Below are positions 58,364-64,000 of a stretch of DNA of 64,000 bases, one piece after another. The notes under the pieces are model-generated. The model did not search any database. It was given only the letters and a program-made list of their open reading frames with translations, and was not told the DNA's origin. The stretch is from Spirochaetia bacterium (GTDB taxonomy: Bacteria; Spirochaetota; Spirochaetia; SZUA-6; Bin103), in NCBI GenBank assembly GCA_965203055.1, contig OZ241863.1, forward strand, positions 384,001-448,000. Direction: 5' to 3'. The translations under genes and the position numbers were made by a program. Positions within the stretch are counted from its first letter, which is position 1; the number at the start of each line of letters is the position of its first letter.

Positions 58364-59221
58364 ATGAAAGCCGTGCTCGGCATTCTGGTGCTGCTAGGCG
58401 CAGCCGGCGCCATCTTCGTGGCCGGCTGGATCCAGCTCCTGCTGCCGCACGCCACGTACGCGGTACTCTTTTCGAAGACCGGGGGCCTCGACCGCCGGGT
58501 AATTGCTGCCGGCACCTTCGTCTGGCGCTGGGAGCGCGTCATTCCCAACAATGTTACGTTGTTCGTGTTCGAAGTACAGCCCTACTCGGTCGAGACGCAG
58601 GTCAGCGGCGAGCTGCCGGCTGCGGACGCCGTTGCCGGTATGCTGCCGGGCAGCGCCGACTTCCACTATCAGGCGACCGTCGCCGTGACCTTCTCGGTGC
58701 GTCCCGACGCCCTGCCGCAACTGGTGGCCGACGCCGGGCTGACCCCGGAGCGCCTGCCGCAATGGACCGGGACGCAGGGCGCCGACGTCGCCGGCGCCGC
58801 GCTGGAACTGCTGCAGCGCCGCGGCGCGGCGGCCGCGCTGCTGGATTCCGGCGCGACCGAGGCGGAGCTGCTCGAGCGGCTGGCCGCCGGGTTTCCGCAT
58901 CTGCGGATAACCGGAATCCGCTTTACCGATCTCCGACTGCCGGATCTCGAAATCTACCAACGCGGGCGCCAAGCCTACCTGGCGCTGATGGACGCTCAGT
59001 ATGAAGCGCGCCGGGCCGCGGCAATCGATCTTGCCGGCGAGTTCGAGCGGGAGCGCGCAGCGCAGGAGACGCGCCGCGCCGCGGCGCAGGTGCTGCGCGA
59101 GTACGGCGCACTGCTGCAGGAGTATCCCATTCTGATCCAGTTTCTGGCGCTGCAAAGCGACGCCGGCCGGGATGCATTCCTCGAGCTCCCGGAGCCGCTG
59201 GCAGCTCCGCAGGAACCGTAG
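58364..59221 (+). CDS. Membrane-anchored hypothetical protein (possibly SPFH-like)
   Basis: N-terminal TM, SKTGG, F.WRWE..IP.N, C-terminal coiled coil. Confidence 0.65.
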   Translation: MKAVLGILVLLGAAGAIFVAGWIQLLLPHATYAVLFSKTGGLDRRVIAAGTFVWRWERVIPNNVTLFVFEVQPYSVETQVSGELPAADAVAGMLPGSADFHYQATVAVTFSVRPDALPQLVADAGLTPERLPQWTGTQGADVAGAALELLQRRGAAAALLDSGATEAELLERLAAGFPHLRITGIRFTDLRLPDLEIYQRGRQAYLALMDAQYEARRAAAIDLAGEFERERAAQETRRAAAQVLREYGALLQEYPILIQFLALQSDAGRDAFLELPEPLAAPQEP

Positions 59222-59255
59222 AGCGCCCGGGCCGCGGTTCTCCCGCGGTCCGCTT

Positions 59256-59918
59256 TCAGCCCGGCGGAATCGGGAGCGGGGCCAGGTTGCGGACCATCAA
59301 CAGGCGGCCTCGGCCCACCGTCACCTGCCACCGGTCGGCGACCACCACGTTGCTGACGCTGGCGCAGCCGCGCGGGAGCTCCAGGCCGTCCAGCGGCCAG
59401 CGCAGGCCGCGCGAAGCCAGGCCGGACGCCGTGGCCGAGAGCGGGAACAGCGACACGGTAGCGTGCCGATGGCCGGCGAAGCGCGCCGTTCCGGCGATCA
59501 CCTCCATGTGTTCGGCGGCGGTGAGCCAGACGCGCAGCCGGCGGTCGCGCTCGAAGAGTCCCAGCACGGCGAGCTGGTGATCGAACCGTCCGCCCCCGGC
59601 CCCGGCGACGATCACGCGGCTGCAGCCGAGTTCCGCCAGCGCCCGCAGGCCGAGCTCGGCGTCGGTCAGCGCCTTGTCCGGGGCGGCGCGCCGCCGGCGC
59701 GCTGCCGGCCGCGCATCCAGTTCCCGCCGGCGGCGTACCGAGTCGAAGTCGCCGACCACCAGGTCCGGCTGCAGATCCAGCGCCAACGCCAGGTCGAAGC
59801 CGCTGTCTGCCGCCACCACCGCGCTGACGCGCGGCAGGTAGGGCGCCACCGCCGCCCGCGACGGCCCTTCGCCGCCAAGCAGCAGCAGTCCGGCCGGAGA
59901 CGCGGGCGCAGCCATCAC
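59256..59918 (-). CDS. thiN: Thiamine diphosphokinase
   Basis: AADSG, VGDFDS, DKALTD, GGRFDH, GLRWPL, VSN. Confidence 0.92.
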   Translation of the reverse strand: MMAAPASPAGLLLLGGEGPSRAAVAPYLPRVSAVVAADSGFDLALALDLQPDLVVGDFDSVRRRRELDARPAARRRRAAPDKALTDAELGLRALAELGCSRVIVAGAGGGRFDHQLAVLGLFERDRRLRVWLTAAEHMEVIAGTARFAGHRHATVSLFPLSATASGLASRGLRWPLDGLELPRGCASVSNVVVADRWQVTVGRGRLLMVRNLAPLPIPPG

Positions 59919-59975
59919 GGTGTCACTGTAGCGCGCTGTCCCGGGCGGTCACAATCGGCCTACACTGCGGCTGCC

Positions 59976-61403
59976 GTGCCGGTGGTTCCGAAGGTCGTGA
60001 AACGCTTCGCGCGCCCGTTCGCCGCCCGCGGTTTGCAGTGCTGGCTGGTGGGCGGCGCGGTGCGCGATCTGTTCCTGCGCCGCGCCGGCGGCGATTACGA
60101 CGTGGCTACCGACGCCCATCCCGAGCAGGTGCGCGCGCTGTACCGGCAGGCCATTCCCACCGGCCTGCGGCACGGGACGGTAACGGTGCCGTTCGCCGGC
60201 CACCGGATCGAAGTCACCACCTTCCGCAGCGAGTCCGACTACCGCGACGGGCGGCGCCCGGCGCAGGTCTCGTTCGGCGCCGCCATCGAGGACGATCTGA
60301 GCCGGCGCGACTTCACCATCAACGGTATCGCCATGGAGGTGCCGGGCGGGCGTATCGTCGATCCGTTCGACGGCCGCGGCGACCTGCGGCGCAAGCTGAT
60401 CCGCGCCATCGGAGACGCCACCGCGCGCTTCGCCGAGGATGGGCTGCGGCCGTTGCGCGCCTGCCGCATCGCGGCGCAACTGGAGTTTCGGGTGGACGGG
60501 CCGACGCTGGCGGCCATCCGCCCCAGCCTGGGCACCGTGCGGCGCGTCGCCGCGGAGCGCATTCGCGCCGAGATCGAGGCTATCCTGCTTGCGCCGCGCC
60601 CCTCCGCGGGTCTCCGGTTGATGCTCGAAACCGGCCTGCTGGAGCTGCTGCTCCCCGAGTTGCAGCGCTGCGTGGGGGTAGAGCAACGCCAGCCGCCCGG
60701 ACGCCCGTCCGGGGCGCCGCAGTTCGACGTGTTCATCCACTCGCTGGCTGCCTGCGACGCCAGCGACCCGGAGCTGGAGCTGCGCTGGGCGGGACTGCTG
60801 CATGACGTCGGCAAGGCCACGACCCTGGAGCGCGGCGCCGGCGGAACGTTGAGCTTCCATCATCACGACCGGGAGTCGGCGCGCATGGCCCGCGAAATCC
60901 TCGACCGGCTCCGGTCGCCGCACGCGCTGCGGGACGGCGTTGCCCACCTGGTGGCTCACCACATGTTCAACTATGACGAGGATTGGTCGGACGCCGCGGT
61001 GCGCCGCTTCGTGGCGCGCGTGGGCCGCGACCGGATCGACCGGCTGCTGGCGCTGCGCCGGGCTGACCAACTGGGGCGCTACGGTGAGCAGCACCGCGCC
61101 CGTCCGTCCCGCCGGCTGACGGCCCTGGCGCAGCGCATCAGCACCGTAATGGAGCGCCGGGATGCGGTGACGGTGCGTGACCTGGCGGTAGACGGCAACG
61201 ATCTGATGGCGCACCTGAAGCTGGCGCCGGGACCGGTCATCGGCATCCTGCTGCGGCAGCTCCTGGAGGCGGCGCTGGAAGATCCGGCGCTCAACCGGCG
61301 TGAAGCCCTGCTGACCATCGCCGGGAACTTCTACCGTTCGCGGTTGGCGGGCAGCTCCGCGCAGCCGGCGCAGCCCGCGCAGCCGGACGCCGCCGCCGAC
61401 TGA
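59976..61403 (+). CDS. cca: CCA-adding tRNA nucleotidyltransferase with HD domain
   Basis: LVGGAVRD, DYDVAT, EVTTFR, RRDFTING, EDGLR, LLHDVGK. Confidence 0.88.
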   Translation: MPVVPKVVKRFARPFAARGLQCWLVGGAVRDLFLRRAGGDYDVATDAHPEQVRALYRQAIPTGLRHGTVTVPFAGHRIEVTTFRSESDYRDGRRPAQVSFGAAIEDDLSRRDFTINGIAMEVPGGRIVDPFDGRGDLRRKLIRAIGDATARFAEDGLRPLRACRIAAQLEFRVDGPTLAAIRPSLGTVRRVAAERIRAEIEAILLAPRPSAGLRLMLETGLLELLLPELQRCVGVEQRQPPGRPSGAPQFDVFIHSLAACDASDPELELRWAGLLHDVGKATTLERGAGGTLSFHHHDRESARMAREILDRLRSPHALRDGVAHLVAHHMFNYDEDWSDAAVRRFVARVGRDRIDRLLALRRADQLGRYGEQHRARPSRRLTALAQRISTVMERRDAVTVRDLAVDGNDLMAHLKLAPGPVIGILLRQLLEAALEDPALNRREALLTIAGNFYRSRLAGSSAQPAQPAQPDAAAD

Positions 61404-61411
61404 CCTGAACC

Positions 61412-62206
61412 TCAGGGGCGGGCGCGCCGGTTGCCGGCGTCGGCGGCGGCATCGCGCAACGCGGCGTAGGCGTCGGCGGCGGCCTCCTGCTCGGCTTCCT
61501 TCTTGTTCTTGCCGGAACCCGGCCCGTAGACGTGCCCGTTGAGCTTCACTTCGATCCAGAAGGTACGGTCGTGATCGGGTCCCTCCCGGCGCACCACGCG
61601 GTAGCGCGGATAGGAGTGGTAGCGCTGCTGAGCCAGCTCCTGCAGCAGGGTCTTGTAGTCCTGCCGATGGGTGTTGCTCAGCACCCGGCGGATCTCGGCC
61701 CGCAGGTGACGAAGCACGAACTCCCGGGCCGCGGCGCCTCCCGAATCGAGGTAGTAGGCGCCGATCATCGCTTCCATGGCGTCGGCCACGATCGCCTTCT
61801 TGCCGCGCCCGCCGGAACGCTCCTCGCCGCGCCCGATCAGGAGGTACTCCTGCAAACCCAGTTGCAGCGCCCAGCGGTACAGGGCGTCCTCGCTGATCAC
61901 GAACGACTTGATGCGCGCCAGCTCGCCTTCGGTGCGCCGCCCGCTCGTGGCGTAGAGCTCGTCGCTGATCGCCAGACTCAGGACCGCATCACCGAGAAAC
62001 TCCAGCTTCTCGTTGTTGGCAACGGCGCCGGGGCCCGCCTCATGCGCATAGGAGCGGTGACACAACGCCAGATTGAGCAGACTCAGGTCGCGGAACCGGG
62101 TAGCCGCGCGGCGCTCCAGGCGCCGCAACTCAGCCGCCCGGACGCGGTCCACCTGCGGGCCGCGCTCAGGTACTGCGCGGTTCTTGCGGCGGCGGATGAA
62201 GGGCAT
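61412..62206 (-). CDS. rnc: Ribonuclease III
   Basis: NEKLEFLGDAVL, ADAMEAMIGA, dsRBD DYKTLLQE...KKEAEQ. Confidence 0.96.
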   Translation of the reverse strand: MPFIRRRKNRAVPERGPQVDRVRAAELRRLERRAATRFRDLSLLNLALCHRSYAHEAGPGAVANNEKLEFLGDAVLSLAISDELYATSGRRTEGELARIKSFVISEDALYRWALQLGLQEYLLIGRGEERSGGRGKKAIVADAMEAMIGAYYLDSGGAAAREFVLRHLRAEIRRVLSNTHRQDYKTLLQELAQQRYHSYPRYRVVRREGPDHDRTFWIEVKLNGHVYGPGSGKNKKEAEQEAAADAYAALRDAAADAGNRRARP

Positions 62207-62289
62207 GGGTCCGCCCCACCGGCGGCGCGGCGCGGCGGGGTGGCGAAGCTGCGGCGCGGGGTGTCCGGCCACGCCCGGCCGCCGGCGGG

Positions 62290-62535
62290 CTACTTGCTGC
62301 TGACCTGAGACTCGATGAAGGCGAGCGCGTCCTGGACGGTCTCGAACTCGTTGGCTTTCTCGTCGGGGATGGTGATCCCCAACTCTTCCTCGATGGCATA
62401 CACGAGCTCGTAGGTGTCCAGGCTGTCAGCTCCAAGGTCCTGGCGAAATGAAGATTCGAGGGTAATCTTGCCCTCATCGATCTCCAGACGATCGGCAATG
62501 AGCTTCTTCATCTTGTCGAAAAGCTGGTCGTCCAT
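62290..62535 (-). CDS. acpP: Acyl carrier protein
   Basis: DLGADSLD motif. Confidence 0.96.
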   Translation of the reverse strand: MDDQLFDKMKKLIADRLEIDEGKITLESSFRQDLGADSLDTYELVYAIEEELGITIPDEKANEFETVQDALAFIESQVSSK

Positions 62536-62565
62536 CGAAATGACCTCCAAAATCTACGAGCCGGG

Positions 62566-62760
62566 CTACGCCAGATCTTCCGGGTCGAGCACCTGACGTC
62601 CGCGATAGTAACCGCAGGCATGGCACACGCGGTGCAATACCATCCGACTGCCGCATTGCGAGCATTCGATGATGCTTGGAAGTGAAACACGCATGTTTAC
62701 TGCACGCCGGCGACGGCTCCGCGCTTTGGAGTGCTTCCGTCTCGGCCCTATAGACGCCAT
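62566..62760 (-). CDS. rpmF: 50S ribosomal protein L32 (Zn-binding type)
   Basis: SKARSRRRR, CSQCG, HRVCHACGYYRG. Confidence 0.93.
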   Translation of the reverse strand: MASIGPRRKHSKARSRRRRAVNMRVSLPSIIECSQCGSRMVLHRVCHACGYYRGRQVLDPEDLA

Positions 62761-62869
62761 TCTCTGTTCCCAATTCGGCGCGCCGGCGAACGACGCTCAC
62801 GTAATAGTGTAATGGACGCCGCGGTCTCCGGGCCCCTCGCGGAGCGCGGGCCGCGGCAAAGCTGCGCGC

Positions 62870-62899
62870 AAGCTACCGCACCGCGCGTACCAGTGTCAA
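62870..62899 (-). promoter_or_regulatory. Putative sigma70 promoter of rpmF-acpP-rnc
   Basis: TTGACA (62899-62894), 18 nt, TAGCTT. Confidence 0.5.
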
Positions 62900-62917
62900 G
62901 CCCCGGTCGCGGCGCGG

Positions 62918-63418
62918 TCAGCAGGGAGGAGGAGGCGCCGGGGCGCGCCCCAGCTTCTCCGTAAGCGCCTGCGCCACCACTTCCGGCACCATGCTGCGGA
63001 TGTCGCCGCCGAAGCGGGCCACCTCCTTGATGCCGGAAGAACGTAACACGAAGTACTTCTGGTCGGTGGGGAGGAAGATCGTCTCGATGCTCGGGAACAG
63101 CGCCTTGTTCATCATCGACAGCTCGAACTCGTACTCGAAGTCGGAGAGGGCGCGCACGCCGCGCAGCAGCGTATGGATCCCCGCGCGGCGGGCGAACTCG
63201 ACGATCAGCCCCTGCCACACGCGCACCTCGGCGTTGGGGAGGTCCTGCACCAGACTGGTGAGCATCTCCAGCCGCTCGCGCGCCGTGAACAGGGCGGCCT
63301 TGTCAGGATTGACGGCGATCACCACCACCACCCGTCCGAACATGCGCGCGGCGCGCCGCAGCAGGTCGAGGTGGCCGTTCGTGGGAGGGTCGAAGGTACC
63401 GGGAAAGATCACCTGCAT
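62918..63418 (-). CDS. coaD: Phosphopantetheine adenylyltransferase
   Basis: FPGTFDPPTNGH, RGVRALSDFEYE, SSGIKE. Confidence 0.96.
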   Translation of the reverse strand: MQVIFPGTFDPPTNGHLDLLRRAARMFGRVVVVIAVNPDKAALFTARERLEMLTSLVQDLPNAEVRVWQGLIVEFARRAGIHTLLRGVRALSDFEYEFELSMMNKALFPSIETIFLPTDQKYFVLRSSGIKEVARFGGDIRSMVPEVVAQALTEKLGRAPAPPPPC

Positions 63419-63453
63419 GGGACGCTGCTCTTGAGGCGGCGGCGGGCTCCCGG

Positions 63454-63654
63454 CTAGTGGGCGCAGCCGTTGCAGCCGTTGGCTCGCCAGGAGCCTCCGT
63501 TGTGGTGGCTGCCGCGAACGGCGCGGTGGTCGCCCAGCGCCAGCATGTCGACCAGCGCCGAGGCCACCTGCGCCAGCGCATGCGCAAGGTAGCGGGGATC
63601 GCGCAGCTTCCGTCGGTACTCCGCCAGACGGTGCGGGTCCAGCGCTCCGCTCAC
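63454..63654 (-). CDS. Small hypothetical protein (66 aa)
   Basis: GTG start overlaps the yraN stop (GTGA); helical LAEYRRKLRDPRYLAHAL. Confidence 0.5.
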   Translation of the reverse strand: MSGALDPHRLAEYRRKLRDPRYLAHALAQVASALVDMLALGDHRAVRGSHHNGGSWRANGCNGCAH

Positions 63655-64000
63655 CCTTCGAACGCTCCGACGACATGTAGCGCGACCCCGCCGCGGCGTA
63701 TCAGGATGACGTCGAACCGCTGCCTCAAAGACATATATTGAAACGAATTACGCGCCACGTAGGCGCGCGCTACCGAGACCATGCGCCACTGTTTTCGGCG
63801 GTCGATGGCATGTTCCAGTCCCTCCGTCGGGAGCCGGCGCCAGGACTTCACTTCCACGAACACCAACTCTTCGCCATGGCGGGCGACCAGGTCGATTTCG
63901 CCGCGCCGGGTGCGCACGTTGCGGTCCACGATCCGATAGCCGAGCTTGCGCAGGTAGACCGCCGCAATGGATTCACCGATAGGTCCCCGTTGTGCCGAAT
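63651..64000 (-). CDS. yraN: YraN family endonuclease (start beyond window end)
   Basis: GE..AA.YL...GY.I..RN, GEIDLV, FVEVK, RFDVI. Confidence 0.9.
   Translation of the reverse strand, partial: SAQRGPIGESIAAVYLRKLGYRIVDRNVRTRRGEIDLVARHGEELVFVEVKSWRRLPTEGLEHAIDRRKQWRMVSVARAYVARNSFQYMSLRQRFDVILIRRGGVALHVVGAFEG

Overview
A high-GC (roughly 70% by eye) bacterial chromosome segment, most likely from a Spirochaetota lineage. This is inferred from the gene orders mltG-dnaG-rpoD-Zn-ribbon-rnpB-TPR-mreBCD-mrdA-rodA and coaD-rpmF-acpP-rnc, plus a large FlgD-Ig/OmpA protein. 1-11 kb: a minus-strand run of MoxR, DUF58, transglutaminase, PQQ propeller, BshB1-like deacetylase, SDR, GH88 and oxidoreductases. 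11-26.3 kb: an accessory/defence island. It holds a GH127 relic, an Ig-domain lipoprotein gene broken by two IS elements 39 bp apart (an IS256 and an internally deleted ISKra4-like element, both with IRs and TSDs), a GNAT, a PLD-SNF2 helicase plus Eco57I-like N6-adenine methyltransferase pair (each with a one-base frameshift), a small-ORF plus ClpP-fold protease pair, a frameshifted PD-(D/E)XK protein and an AbiE TA module whose toxin has a catalytic D-to-A change. 26-64 kb: mostly housekeeping genes (ppc, men genes, M32 peptidase, desaturase, coxD/E-like, cysQ, glmS, elongasome, rnpB, rpoD, dnaG, tRNA-Tyr, tRNA-Thr, aroH, thiN, cca, rnc, acpP, rpmF, coaD, yraN). The best candidates for an undescribed system are the small-protein/Clp-fold protease module and the PLD-helicase/MTase pair. 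Many genes also show a leaderless-type promoter signature. All family calls come from motif recognition by eye; no database searches were run.
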